From: Candidatus Collierbacteria bacterium GW2011_GWA2_42_17
GTDB lineage: Bacteria > Patescibacteriota > Microgenomatia > UBA1400 > MFAQ01
Direction: 5' to 3'
DNA: 64,000 nucleotides
Assembly (NCBI GenBank): GCA_000998275.1
Contig: LCDA01000001.1
Span: 30,684-94,683, forward strand
The position numbers and the translations under genes were made by a program. The notes under the pieces are model-generated. The model was not told the DNA's origin and did no database searches. It worked only from the letters and a program-made list of their open reading frames with translations. Positions 28,329 through 37,834 of this stretch are shown piece by piece (position 1 is the first letter of the stretch; every line of letters begins with the position of its first letter).

Positions 28329-28853
28329 TTAGGCTTTAACTTTAAGTTCTTTTAAGAGGGCGTATTTCTTGGCAAGAGACTCGACTTGTTTAAGGGCTTT
28401 AAAGGTAGCTCTAGCGTTCGTTGTTTTGTTGTTTGAGCCGAGAGCTTTACAGACGATGTCGGTAACACCGGCAGCCTCTACGACAGCACGAATGGAGGAA
28501 CCAGCGATAATGCCGGTACCTTTGGGAGCCGGACGGAAGAGTACTTTGGAAGCACCAAACTTAGAGATGGTTTCGTAAGGAATGGTTCCATTTACCAGAG
28601 GAACCTGAACGAGGTCACGATTACTGAGACGAACGGCTTTTTTGATAGCATCGGCAACGTTTGGGGCTTTGGCGAGTCCTAGACCAACCTTGCCTTTTTT
28701 ATCTCCAGTAACGACTAGGGCAGAGAAAGAAACGTTACTACCACCCTGGGTCTTTTTACTAACGCGGCGGATTTGAAGAACTTGTTCGAAACCATCTTGT
28801 TGGGGACGATCTCCTCTACCACGATTGTTGTTTGAGTTATTTGAAGGATTCAT
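28329..28853 (-). CDS. rpsE: 30S ribosomal protein S5
   Basis: S5 dsRBD and C-terminal domains. Confidence 0.9.
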   Translation of the reverse strand: MNPSNNSNNNRGRGDRPQQDGFEQVLQIRRVSKKTQGGSNVSFSALVVTGDKKGKVGLGLAKAPNVADAIKKAVRLSNRDLVQVPLVNGTIPYETISKFGASKVLFRPAPKGTGIIAGSSIRAVVEAAGVTDIVCKALGSNNKTTNARATFKALKQVESLAKKYALLKELKVKA

Positions 28854-28859
28854 GTGATT

Positions 28860-29207
28860 TTAGAATTTAATTCCTGATTCTCTGACTGCCTCAGCTAATG
28901 CTTTGACGCGACCATGGAAACGGTAGGCACCGCGATCAAAAACAATACTGTCAATTTTGTTTTCTTTGGCTATTTTGCCCAAGAGAGTTCCAATTTCCGC
29001 AGCTTGAGCTAGTTTGGTTCCCTTAAAGGATTTGAGGGACTGGGAAGTGACGGCTGCCAAAACATGTCCATCTTTTCTGATAATTTGAGCCCCGATGTTC
29101 TGGTTTGAACGAAGAACAGTGAGTCGGGGGAGGTTGGTTCCGGCTAAAAGCTTGGCACGTACTCGGTGCTGTCTTCTGGCCTTAGAGGTTAAGGTGTTTT
29201 GAATCAT
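28860..29207 (-). CDS. rplR: 50S ribosomal protein L18
   Basis: L18/5S rRNA-binding family. Confidence 0.9.
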   Translation of the reverse strand: MIQNTLTSKARRQHRVRAKLLAGTNLPRLTVLRSNQNIGAQIIRKDGHVLAAVTSQSLKSFKGTKLAQAAEIGTLLGKIAKENKIDSIVFDRGAYRFHGRVKALAEAVRESGIKF

Positions 29208-29224
29208 TTTTGTTAATAAATTAA

Positions 29225-29773
29225 TTAAGCGGCTGTTTTAGTAGCGGTCTTGCCTTGTTTCTTGATGACGACTTCATCAGCATAGCGAATACCTTTGCCT
29301 TTGTAAGGCTCGGGTTTCTTGAGCTCTCTAATGTTGGCGGCAACTTGGCCAACTAGTTGTTTGTCAATTCCGGTGATGTGAATCTTGTCTTGACCTTCGA
29401 CGACAATGTTGACTCCGGGAACTTTTTTGAAAATGACGGGGTGACTAAAACCGAGAGATAAAGAAATCCCTTCGCCGGAGTTGGCAACACGGTAACCAGT
29501 ACCTAAGAGCTGAAGGTGTTTTTCAAAACCTTCGGTGACTCCTTTGACACAGTTCTCCGCCAAACGACGCGCAAGGCCATGAAGAGCACGGGTGGCGGGA
29601 ATGTCGTTTTCGCGGGTGAAGTTTAGAATGTTGTCTTTTTGTTCAACTTCGATACCTTTGGGAACTACGGATTCAAGGGTTCCTTTGGGACCGGTGAATC
29701 TAAGTAGACCGTCTAGTTTTTCGACTTTGACAGTTTCAGGGAGATATAGTGGTTTGCGTCCAATGCGGCTCAT
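29225..29773 (-). CDS. rplF: 50S ribosomal protein L6
   Basis: MSRIGRKPL... Confidence 0.9.
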   Translation of the reverse strand: MSRIGRKPLYLPETVKVEKLDGLLRFTGPKGTLESVVPKGIEVEQKDNILNFTRENDIPATRALHGLARRLAENCVKGVTEGFEKHLQLLGTGYRVANSGEGISLSLGFSHPVIFKKVPGVNIVVEGQDKIHITGIDKQLVGQVAANIRELKKPEPYKGKGIRYADEVVIKKQGKTATKTAA

Positions 29774-29779
29774 ATTTTT

Positions 29780-30169
29780 TTACCAAATTTGACAGATAAC
29801 TTCACCGCCGAGATGCTTTTCGCGAGCGGTTTTGCCGGTCATAAGACCTGCTGATGTAGAGATGATAGTAGTACCGGCACCAGAGAGAGCTTGAGGGATC
29901 TCGTCGAAGCCGGAGTAGATACGGACACTTCCCTTACTGATGCGTTTGATGCCTGTAATGGCGGGAAGATTCTTGTCAAAATAGCGGAGGGTTACAATAA
30001 TTTTCTTCGAAGGTTTGGTATTTTCGACCGAGTAATCGACGATGAAACCGTCGGCTTTAAGGAGTTTGGCTATTTCCTCACTGATGATGGTATGTTTGGC
30101 CACGACTGTATCTTTTTTTGCGAGATAGCCGTTTCTTATAATGGTGATGAAGTCTGCGATTGTATCCAT
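29780..30169 (-). CDS. rpsH: 30S ribosomal protein S8
   Basis: start set at MDTIADFITIIRNG (ORF track extends further upstream into rpsZ). Confidence 0.85.
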   Translation of the reverse strand: MDTIADFITIIRNGYLAKKDTVVAKHTIISEEIAKLLKADGFIVDYSVENTKPSKKIIVTLRYFDKNLPAITGIKRISKGSVRIYSGFDEIPQALSGAGTTIISTSAGLMTGKTAREKHLGGEVICQIW

Positions 30170-30170
30170 A

Positions 30171-30356
30171 TTATTTTGACATTTTGTAGACGCCCGGAAG
30201 TTCACCTTTGTGGGCTAACTCGCGGAAGCACAAGCGGCATAATCCGAAGATACGGATAACACCACGAGGTCTACCACAAAGCTGACAGCGATGGTGATCT
30301 CTGGTCGAGTGACCTTTCAGTCTTTTTGATTTTTCGATTTTACTTGTTTTAGCCAT
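30171..30356 (-). CDS. rpsZ: 30S ribosomal protein S14 type Z (zinc-binding)
   Basis: 61 aa, CQLCGRPRG...CRLCFRE. Confidence 0.9.
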   Translation of the reverse strand: MAKTSKIEKSKRLKGHSTRDHHRCQLCGRPRGVIRIFGLCRLCFRELAHKGELPGVYKMSK

Positions 30357-30363
30357 GTTTAGC

Positions 30364-30915
30364 TTATTTTGCTTCTTTGGTAAAAGGCATGCCGAGAGCG
30401 GTGAGAAGCATTAAGGAAGAGGCGGCGTCTTTGGCACTCGTTGAAATAGTAATTTCCAAGCCTTGAATCCTGCCTATTTTATCATATTCGACCTCGGGGA
30501 ACACAATCTGCTCGGAAAGACCGAGAGTGTAGTTGCCACTTCTATCGATAGTAGTCTTGGAAACACCTTGGAAGTCTTTGATACGAGGAAGAACAATAGA
30601 GGTCAGCTTCTGAAAAAAGTCATACATGCGATTGCCTCTTAAGGTAACCTTGACGCCGACAACTTCACCTTCACGAAGATTGAAGGCAGCAATACTATGC
30701 TTAGCCTTGGTTTCGACTGGAGTCTGACCGGTAATGGTAGCAATCCAGGCTTTTGTCTTAGCAAGAAGTTCTTTGTCTGTTTTGAAGTCACGAGAACTGG
30801 TGTTGAGGGTGATCTTCTCCAGTTTTGGAGTGGCTTCAATAGAAGAAAGTCCGAGTTCCTTTTGGAGAGCCGGCCTTATGGTCTTTAAATAGTTTTCTTT
30901 AAGAGTTTGTGTCAT
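30364..30915 (-). CDS. rplE: 50S ribosomal protein L5
   Basis: L5 family similarity, conserved position. Confidence 0.9.
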   Translation of the reverse strand: MTQTLKENYLKTIRPALQKELGLSSIEATPKLEKITLNTSSRDFKTDKELLAKTKAWIATITGQTPVETKAKHSIAAFNLREGEVVGVKVTLRGNRMYDFFQKLTSIVLPRIKDFQGVSKTTIDRSGNYTLGLSEQIVFPEVEYDKIGRIQGLEITISTSAKDAASSLMLLTALGMPFTKEAK

Positions 30916-31238
30916 TTTTTCTTGGTTTCACCGGTAATAACTTGACGACATAAGTGACAGACTCTGACCTTGGGTGTCTGGCTGGCATCGAAACCAACTC
31001 TGGTGGCTTTGCCACAACTGGGACAGACAAGAGCGACCGAGGCGGTGGAAATGGCTCTAGGAAGAGTCACTATTGAACCAGCTTCATTACCCTTAGGCTT
31101 GAGGTGTTTTTTGTAAACATTGAGACCTTCGACTAAAACTTTTTGGTCTTGAGGAAGAACTTTGAGGATCTTACCTGTGCGACCTTTGTCTTTGCCGGCG
31201 GTGATTTTTATGGTGTCGTTGATTTTAAATTTAAACAT
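30912..31238 (-). CDS. rplX: 50S ribosomal protein L24 (with Cys4 C-terminal segment)
   Basis: KOW domain ItaGKDKGrtGKIlKV; C-terminal CPSCGK...CHLCRQ. Confidence 0.85.
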   Translation of the reverse strand: MFKFKINDTIKITAGKDKGRTGKILKVLPQDQKVLVEGLNVYKKHLKPKGNEAGSIVTLPRAISTASVALVCPSCGKATRVGFDASQTPKVRVCHLCRQVITGETKKK

Positions 31239-31244
31239 ATACTT

Positions 31245-31619
31245 TTAGACGACTTCGGGTGCTAAGGAAGCAATTTTGGCAAATCCTCTGTCTTTAACCT
31301 CTCTCGCAATGGGTCCAAAGATACGAGTTCCGAGAGGTAGCTTACCAGCAATCGAGTCAATAATAACGACGGCGTTGTCATCAAAACGGACGTAAGTACC
31401 ATCGGAACGACCGGTTTCCTTACGGCAACGAACGATGACGGCCTTAACAACTTGCTTGTCTTTAACGGTGCCGCTGGCGTCTGCACCTTCAACCGCGGCG
31501 GTGACGATGTCACCCACAAAACCAAATCTGCGGTGAGAACCACCATGAACAAGAATGACCTTGACTAGTTTGGCACCAGAGTTATCGGCAACATTGAGGA
31601 CTGATCTTAGTTGAATCAT
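31245..31619 (-). CDS. rplN: 50S ribosomal protein L14
   Basis: [17 protein letters not shown]. Confidence 0.9.
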   Translation of the reverse strand: MIQLRSVLNVADNSGAKLVKVILVHGGSHRRFGFVGDIVTAAVEGADASGTVKDKQVVKAVIVRCRKETGRSDGTYVRFDDNAVVIIDSIAGKLPLGTRIFGPIAREVKDRGFAKIASLAPEVV

Positions 31620-31843
31620 AGAACTTTAGTTATTTGCCAGTGTTTGTTTTTACTAATAGGTCGGGTTTCTTCGAGACGGACACTGTCGCCTTCTTTGGCT
31701 CCGATTTCATTGTGAGCGGTGTAGGACTTGTTGACCTTGATACGTTTGAGGTATTTGGGGTGAACTTGGAAATGAACCACATCAACAACAGCAGTTTTGA
31801 TCATTTTGGCGCTTTTGACGGTTCCAGTTAAGTGTTTTTTCAT
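31616..31843 (-). CDS. rpsQ: 30S ribosomal protein S17
   Basis: start set at [11 protein letters not shown]; OB-fold S17 similarity. Confidence 0.85.
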   Translation of the reverse strand: MKKHLTGTVKSAKMIKTAVVDVVHFQVHPKYLKRIKVNKSYTAHNEIGAKEGDSVRLEETRPISKNKHWQITKVL

Positions 31844-31844
31844 A

Positions 31845-32006
31845 TTATTTTGATCTTGATAGCAATTGAGCAATTTGAACTTTGGTTTTCTTGTGAGCGT
31901 TGGTGTTTTTTTCCTGACCGGCTTTAATTTTCAGTTTGATATCAGCCAATTTAATTTTTAGCTCGTCTAGGGTTTCGATAGGAGTTTCGATCTTGGTTTT
32001 AGGCAT
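31845..32006 (-). CDS. rpmC: 50S ribosomal protein L29, 53 aa
   Basis: Not in ORF track. MPKTKIETPIETLDELKIKLADIKLKIKAGQEKNTNAHKKTKVQIAQLLSRSK. Confidence 0.8.
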   Translation of the reverse strand: MPKTKIETPIETLDELKIKLADIKLKIKAGQEKNTNAHKKTKVQIAQLLSRSK

Positions 32007-32412
32007 TGTCTTTTTCTATAAATTTGGTTTTAACGGAGATTTTGTGACCGGCAAGACGAATAGCCTCGGCAGCAACTTCACGACTAACACCGGAAAGTTC
32101 CATAAGGATCTGACCAGGTTTCACGACGGCGACATAAGCTGAAACATCAGATTTTCCGGAACCCATACGGGCGCCAGGGGTCTTCCAACCAATTGGTTTG
32201 TGAGGGAAAACTCTAAGGAAAAATTTACCGACACGTTTTGTGTGGTGAGTGATGGTACGACGAGCAGACTCGATTTCAGCAGCGGTGAGCCAGCCACAAC
32301 CTTCGGCTTTGATACCGTAGTCTCCATAGGCTAAAAAGTTACTTCTGGTGGCGACACCACCCATGGAACCTCGGAATTCTTTTCTATATTTTCGTCTTGA
32401 TGGTTGTAGCAT
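31999..32412 (-). CDS. rplP: 50S ribosomal protein L16
   Basis: MLqPsRrKYRKefRG. Confidence 0.9.
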   Translation of the reverse strand: MLQPSRRKYRKEFRGSMGGVATRSNFLAYGDYGIKAEGCGWLTAAEIESARRTITHHTKRVGKFFLRVFPHKPIGWKTPGARMGSGKSDVSAYVAVVKPGQILMELSGVSREVAAEAIRLAGHKISVKTKFIEKDNA

Positions 32413-32427
32413 AGTCTTTTTGGTTTT

Positions 32428-33081
32428 TTAGATGATGATGTCTCCGGTATAAATCCAGACTTTAATACCAACGTAGCCTGAGCGGGTTAGGGCTGGCTTT
32501 TCAACATAGTCGATATTGGCACGAAGGGTTTGGGTAGGGATACGACCCTGTTTGAATTTTTCGGTACGGGCAATTTCAGCTCCATCGATACGGCCAGCAA
32601 AAACGATTTTGACACCTTTAGCGCCGGCAGCCATAACTTTTTCGATGGCTTGATTGGCGGCACGACGGAAAGGATAACGGTGTTCAAGCTGGTTACTGAG
32701 ACGGTCGACGATGATACCAGCAGAAAGTTCAGGATTTTTGATTTCCATGGGATGGAGATTAATCTTGATGGCGTTTTTGACCTTGAGATCAATTTTGAGA
32801 AGTTTTTCAATGTCTTTTTTGAGCTGTTCGAGGGAAGAGCCTCCGCGACCAATGACGACACCGGGGCGAGAAACATACATGAAAATGTCAACGGTGTTAA
32901 TACTACGTTTAATTTCGATGTTGGTGATGCCAGCAAGCTTCAACTTTTCTTCCAAAAAACGGCGAATACTGTTGTCTTCAAGAACAAACTTAGCGTAGTT
33001 TTTGAAGTTACTGTACCAGACGGACTTGGTTGGGAAGATGTATCCGGTTCTAAAAATGGTTGGATTAACTTTTTTACCCAT
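32428..33081 (-). CDS. rpsC: 30S ribosomal protein S3
   Basis: KH domain + S3 C-terminal domain. Confidence 0.9.
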   Translation of the reverse strand: MGKKVNPTIFRTGYIFPTKSVWYSNFKNYAKFVLEDNSIRRFLEEKLKLAGITNIEIKRSINTVDIFMYVSRPGVVIGRGGSSLEQLKKDIEKLLKIDLKVKNAIKINLHPMEIKNPELSAGIIVDRLSNQLEHRYPFRRAANQAIEKVMAAGAKGVKIVFAGRIDGAEIARTEKFKQGRIPTQTLRANIDYVEKPALTRSGYVGIKVWIYTGDIII

Positions 33082-33082
33082 G

Positions 33083-33556
33083 TTATTTAGTTTTTTTAGT
33101 GGTGGCTGCTTTTACTTTTTTGATTGTTTCTTTTTTGACCTCTTTAACTTCAACCTTGGGTTTAACCTCAGCTTTAGGAGCGGTGATCTTGGGTGTGACG
33201 ACCCTAAGGCTTAGGGTTAGGTGGGAAGAAATTCTCTCGTAAGGTTTGGTGCGACCACGGCCACCGATGTGAGCACGTTTGATGGTGCGACCTTTGGTGG
33301 CGAAAGCCGAGTTGATTATAAGAGAGTCTGGAGAAGCTTGTTTGAGTGAGACAGCGTTGCCAATGGCCTGTTTGATGAGCTTAGCTACGGGATCTGAAGC
33401 TCTTTTTTGGATGACAGCTAACTGTTTGATTGCGAGAAGAGCGGGACGTCCAACTAGAGCCTTAAGAATAAGATTGGTTTTACGAGGCGAAGACAACACG
33501 TGACTGGCACGTGCAGTAATGATATTGGAGTTTTCTTTATTATTAAGAGTAGCCAT
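33083..33556 (-). CDS. rplV: 50S ribosomal protein L22
   Basis: L22 core with Lys-rich C-terminal extension. Confidence 0.85.
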   Translation of the reverse strand: MATLNNKENSNIITARASHVLSSPRKTNLILKALVGRPALLAIKQLAVIQKRASDPVAKLIKQAIGNAVSLKQASPDSLIINSAFATKGRTIKRAHIGGRGRTKPYERISSHLTLSLRVVTPKITAPKAEVKPKVEVKEVKKETIKKVKAATTKKTK

Positions 33557-33562
33557 AGTATT

Positions 33563-33847
33563 TTAGGTTTTGGTTAAGAGTCTCTTGACGATACGTCCAT
33601 GACCTCGGAAAGTTCTGGTGAGAGAAAACTCTCCTAAACGGTGTCCAACCATGTCTTCGGTGATGAAAACATCCTTGAAGACTTTACCGTTGTGGACCGA
33701 AAAAGTGTAGCCAACAAATTCCGGGGGGATCTGTGAGGATCTTGCCCAGGTTTTGATAGGCTCTTTTCTGCCCGAGTTTTTGAGTCGCTCTATTTTAATG
33801 ATGAGCTTCTCATCAACATATGGTCCTTTTACCGAACTTCTAGACAT
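33563..33847 (-). CDS. rpsS: 30S ribosomal protein S19
   Basis: [15 protein letters not shown]. Confidence 0.9.
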   Translation of the reverse strand: MSRSSVKGPYVDEKLIIKIERLKNSGRKEPIKTWARSSQIPPEFVGYTFSVHNGKVFKDVFITEDMVGHRLGEFSLTRTFRGHGRIVKRLLTKT

Positions 33848-33849
33848 AA

Positions 33850-34608
33850 TTAATGGTTGTAGCGATGTTTAATAATTGATTTATTACTGTATTTCTTTTT
33901 GTCTCTGGTTCTCTTGCCCATGGTTCTCTTGCCCCAAGGGGATTTAGGAGATTTCATACCGACTCCAGAACGACCTTCTCCACCACCGTGAGGGTGAGAT
34001 CTAGGATCTTGAGCAACACCACGAACCGAAGGACGGCGACCCATGTGGCGGGCACGACCGGCGCTGCCAATGATTTCTTCTTTGTGATGTTCGTTGGTGA
34101 GACTGCCGATAGTGGCCTTGCAATCACCTTTGAAAATGCGGATTTCACCCGAAGGAAGTTTGACAGAGACTAGCTCGCTTTCTTTGGACTGAACCGTGGC
34201 GTAGTTTCCGGCACTTCTGACCATTTGAGCACCTTTTCCGGGGGTGATTTCCAGATTATGAATCTGAATACCAATCGGGATATTTTTTAAGGGTAAACAG
34301 TTACCGATTTTAATTTCAGCGGTTTCGGAAGAAATAATGACGTCTCCGACTTTAAGTCCTTGCGGGGCAAGAATGTAGTCTTTAACACCATTTCCATAGA
34401 CTAAAAGAGCAATATCGGCGGTACGATTTGGGTCGTATTCGATAGAAGCCACTTTAGCGGTCAGCGCAACATTACGCTTCCAGTCAATATGACGGAGAAA
34501 ACGTGTTTCGCGACCACCTTGATGGCGAACTGTTATTTTACCAGAAAAATTACGGCCTGACGATTTAGGATTTAATTTTCTTAGTTTTTTGGGTGCTTTG
34601 GTCTTCAT
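33850..34608 (-). CDS. rplB: 50S ribosomal protein L2
   Basis: L2 N- and C-terminal domains (HqGGgrsp.. [10 protein letters not shown].sHPHGGGEG). Confidence 0.9.
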   Translation of the reverse strand: MKTKAPKKLRKLNPKSSGRNFSGKITVRHQGGRETRFLRHIDWKRNVALTAKVASIEYDPNRTADIALLVYGNGVKDYILAPQGLKVGDVIISSETAEIKIGNCLPLKNIPIGIQIHNLEITPGKGAQMVRSAGNYATVQSKESELVSVKLPSGEIRIFKGDCKATIGSLTNEHHKEEIIGSAGRARHMGRRPSVRGVAQDPRSHPHGGGEGRSGVGMKSPKSPWGKRTMGKRTRDKKKYSNKSIIKHRYNH

Positions 34609-34613
34609 AATCT

Positions 34614-34922
34614 TTATGATTTAACAGTATTAAAGAGTTCGATCTTTTGACCGGCTTTAATTTTAACTATGGCTTTTTTATTCACAGGAAGGGTAACATG
34701 GCGACCTGTTTTTCTGGATTTCATTGGTCTGGAGCCGTGTTTTACGGTGTTGATGCTAAGAACATTAACCTTGAAGAGATCTTCAACCGCTTTTTTGATC
34801 TGATATTTACTGGCACTGGGAGCTACGTTAAAAACGTACTTGTCGAGAGCCGAAAGAGCATAACTTTTCTCAGTGACGACCGGACTAATAATGGTATTTT
34901 GGTGAATTAAAGGTGTAGACAT
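34614..34922 (-). CDS. rplW: 50S ribosomal protein L23
   Basis: L23 family, conserved position. Confidence 0.85.
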   Translation of the reverse strand: MSTPLIHQNTIISPVVTEKSYALSALDKYVFNVAPSASKYQIKKAVEDLFKVNVLSINTVKHGSRPMKSRKTGRHVTLPVNKKAIVKIKAGQKIELFNTVKS

Positions 34923-34924
34923 GG

Positions 34925-35542
34925 TTATTTAGATTTGGTCGATAAAACAGATTTCAATCTTTCGACTAAGTGGGTATAGGCACTAGGAGTAAGGACAATC
35001 TTGGGGCTTTGGACCACTTTGTAAACATTAAGACGATTGGCGGAGAGAAGAACCACGTTGTCCAGATTTCCGATAGATTTGAGTGTTTTGGTGTCTTCAT
35101 TAAAGTGAACAAGTCCAAGTTTGTCTGTACCTAGAGAACTGAGGGCGGATTTGGTCGAAGAGTCTTTGATGGCGGCCGTGTCCAGTAGGGAGAGTCGTTT
35201 TTCTTTGTTGTAGAGTGAGAGAGCACCAAGAAGGGCCTTAATTTTCATTTTTTTGTTGAGGGATTTGGGGGTAAGTTTCAAGCCACGAGGACCAAAAACT
35301 ACGCCACCACCGACAAAGATAGGGGCGGATTTAGCACCATGACGAGCATTACCGGTACCTTTTTGTTTGTAGACTTTCTTTTTAGTGAAGTCAACTTCTC
35401 CACGTGTTTTGACTTTGGAAACTCCAACGTGAGAATTTTCCTGGTAAACATAGATTGCCTGAGCAAGAAGTGATGGTGAGACTTCCTTGTTGAAAATCGA
35501 AAGATCCTTGGGCTCGGTTGTGAGAACTTTTTTAGTAGCCAT
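34925..35542 (-). CDS. rplD: 50S ribosomal protein L4
   Basis: L4 family, conserved position. Confidence 0.9.
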   Translation of the reverse strand: MATKKVLTTEPKDLSIFNKEVSPSLLAQAIYVYQENSHVGVSKVKTRGEVDFTKKKVYKQKGTGNARHGAKSAPIFVGGGVVFGPRGLKLTPKSLNKKMKIKALLGALSLYNKEKRLSLLDTAAIKDSSTKSALSSLGTDKLGLVHFNEDTKTLKSIGNLDNVVLLSANRLNVYKVVQSPKIVLTPSAYTHLVERLKSVLSTKSK

Positions 35543-35545
35543 AGT

Positions 35546-36145
35546 TTATAAAATAGTGATCTTAGTAACGGCGCCGCGGGAACCGGGAATTGAACCGGTA
35601 ATCTGAAGGATACCTGTCTGCGCATCAAATGAGTGAATTTTCAAGTTTTCGATAGTGACGTTGACGTTACCCATGCGGCCGGCCATGTGTTTGCCTTTGA
35701 CAACTCTACCAGGAGTGGTGCCTCGACCGATGGAGCCGGGAGCACGACCTCTGTCGGACTGACCGTGAGTGCGGGGACCACCGTGCATACCCCAACGCTT
35801 CATAACACCGGAGGTGCCTTTGCCTTTGGAGGTAGCAGTGACGTTGACTAGGGAACCAGGAACTAAGATTTCGGCCAAATTAACATCGGTAACTTCTTCG
35901 GAGACTTCTCTAATTGATTTAGGAGTTGTGCCAAAGCCGACTTTTTTAAGAAAACCTGCAAGAGGTTTGTTAGCCTTCTTTTTGTTTCCAATACCTAAGA
36001 CTGTGGCTTGGTATCCGTCTTTATCAATAGTTTTTTGAGAAATAACCACGTGAGGATCTACCGTGAGGACGGTCAAGGGGATCCGCTTACCTTCGACGAA
36101 GGTCTGTGACATTTCTGTCTTGGTTGCGTATACTTGTTTGTTCAT
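35546..36145 (-). CDS. rplC: 50S ribosomal protein L3
   Basis: L3 family similarity. Confidence 0.9.
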   Translation of the reverse strand: MNKQVYATKTEMSQTFVEGKRIPLTVLTVDPHVVISQKTIDKDGYQATVLGIGNKKKANKPLAGFLKKVGFGTTPKSIREVSEEVTDVNLAEILVPGSLVNVTATSKGKGTSGVMKRWGMHGGPRTHGQSDRGRAPGSIGRGTTPGRVVKGKHMAGRMGNVNVTIENLKIHSFDAQTGILQITGSIPGSRGAVTKITIL

Positions 36146-36162
36146 TTTTTATTAATATAAAA

Positions 36163-36205
36163 CGCCCCCGATTTTCGGGGAAACCGAAAAACGGAAAGGG
36201 GGTTT
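36163..36205 (-). promoter_or_regulatory. candidate attenuator/alternative-hairpin element in rpsJ-rplC spacer
   Basis: minus-strand RNA CCCCCUUUCCGUUUUUCGGUUUCCCCGAAAAUCGGGGGCGUUUU: either local CCCCG/CGGGG terminator hairpin + U-run, or outer CCCCC/GGGGG pairing. Confidence 0.35.
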
Positions 36206-36233
36206 TAGTTATTTAAAGATAGCGACATTCAGG

Positions 36234-36551
36234 TTACATCTTGATTTCAATTCCAACACCGGCAGGAAGATCAAGGTGCTGAAGTGAATCAATAGTCTTG
36301 TTGGTAGGATTTACAATGTCGATAAGCCTCTTGTGAGTAAGGATGGCGAACTGTTCGCGGGCATCTTTATCGGTGTGAGGCGAAGAGGTAACGACGATAA
36401 CCTTCTTCTTGGTGGGCAGGGGAACGGGACCAACCACCTGAGCGCCGGAAACTAAGGCTGCCTGAATGATTTTCTTAGCAGCCTCATCGATAACACGATG
36501 ATCGAAAGATTTTAGTTTGACGCGGATACGTGGTTGGTCTGTCATTTTCAA
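36234..36551 (-). CDS. rpsJ: 30S ribosomal protein S10
   Basis: [15 protein letters not shown]. Confidence 0.9.
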   Translation of the reverse strand: MKMTDQPRIRVKLKSFDHRVIDEAAKKIIQAALVSGAQVVGPVPLPTKKKVIVVTSSPHTDKDAREQFAILTHKRLIDIVNPTNKTIDSLQHLDLPAGVGIEIKM

Positions 36552-36586
36552 GAAGAATAAATGTGCAATTTAATGGATATCGTAGT

Positions 36587-37762
36587 TTAGGCGATAACCT
36601 TAGTGATAACTCCAGCGCCGACGGTGAGACCACCTTCACGGATAGCGAAGTTTTGGCCATCGGCCATAGCAATTGGTTGGATAAGTTCGACATTCATTTT
36701 GGCGTTGTCTCCAGGCATAATCATCTCGACACCTTCTGGAAGTTTGACCTCTCCGGTAACATCGGTGGTGCGGATAAAGAACTGGGGTTTGTAGCCAGTG
36801 AACATAGGAGTGTGACGACCACCTTCATCTTTACCTAGGATATAAGCCTCGGCTTCGAATTTGGTGTGAGGAGTGATGGAACCAGGTTTGGCCAGAACTT
36901 GACCTCTTTGGACATCATCTTTTTCAATTCCACGGAGAAGTAGACCGACATTGTCGCCTGCTTGACCTTGTTCGAGCTGTTGATGGAACATTTCGACTCC
37001 GGTAACAACAGATTTGGTGGTGTCTTTAATACCGACAATTTCGATTTCATCACCAATCTTGACGATTCCAGTACTGATACGTCCGGTAACGACTGTGCCA
37101 CGACCTTTGATTGAGAAAACGTCTTCAACGGGCATAAGGAAGGGTTTGTCTAGGTCACGAACAGGTTCAGGAATCCAGGTATCGACGGTGTCCATGAGTT
37201 TCATGATACCGGCCTGGGCTTCTTTGTCGCCTTCAAGAGCTTTTAGAGCGGAGACGCGAACAATTGGAGTGTCTTCTTCGAATTTGTATTTTTTCAAAAG
37301 CTCTTTTATTTCCATCTCAACAAGTTCGAGAAGCTCTTCATCTTGAACAGCGTCACATTTGTTTAAAGCAACGACTAAACGAGGGACGTTAACTTGGTGG
37401 GCCAAAAGTAAGTGCTCTTTGGTTTGAGGCATAGGACCGTCAGTAGCAGCGACGACCAAGATAGCACCGTCCATCTGAGCAGCACCGGTAATCATGTTTT
37501 TGATGTAGTCGCGGTGACCTGGACAGTCGATGTGAGCGTAGTGACGAATTTTTGTCTCGTAGGGAACGTGGGAAATGTTGATAGTAACTCCACGCTCTCT
37601 CTCTTCGGGAGATTTGTCGATTTGATCAAAAGGAAGTGCTTCTGCAAGTCCTTGAGCAGCTAAAGTTGTAGTAATAGCAGCAGTTAATGTGGTCTTACCG
37701 TGGTCAACGTGACCGATAGTACCGATATTAACGTGAGGTTTGGTTCTTTGGTATGTAGCCAT
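36587..37762 (-). CDS. tuf: elongation factor Tu
   Basis: [10 protein letters not shown], full-length EF-Tu. Confidence 0.95.
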   Translation of the reverse strand: MATYQRTKPHVNIGTIGHVDHGKTTLTAAITTTLAAQGLAEALPFDQIDKSPEERERGVTINISHVPYETKIRHYAHIDCPGHRDYIKNMITGAAQMDGAILVVAATDGPMPQTKEHLLLAHQVNVPRLVVALNKCDAVQDEELLELVEMEIKELLKKYKFEEDTPIVRVSALKALEGDKEAQAGIMKLMDTVDTWIPEPVRDLDKPFLMPVEDVFSIKGRGTVVTGRISTGIVKIGDEIEIVGIKDTTKSVVTGVEMFHQQLEQGQAGDNVGLLLRGIEKDDVQRGQVLAKPGSITPHTKFEAEAYILGKDEGGRHTPMFTGYKPQFFIRTTDVTGEVKLPEGVEMIMPGDNAKMNVELIQPIAMADGQNFAIREGGLTVGAGVITKVIA

Positions 37763-37834
37763 TTTTGTTAATTTTTTTTAATTATTTATAATATTAGCGT
37801 TTTAAGCCTATTTATTTTAGCAGATTTTACTCTA

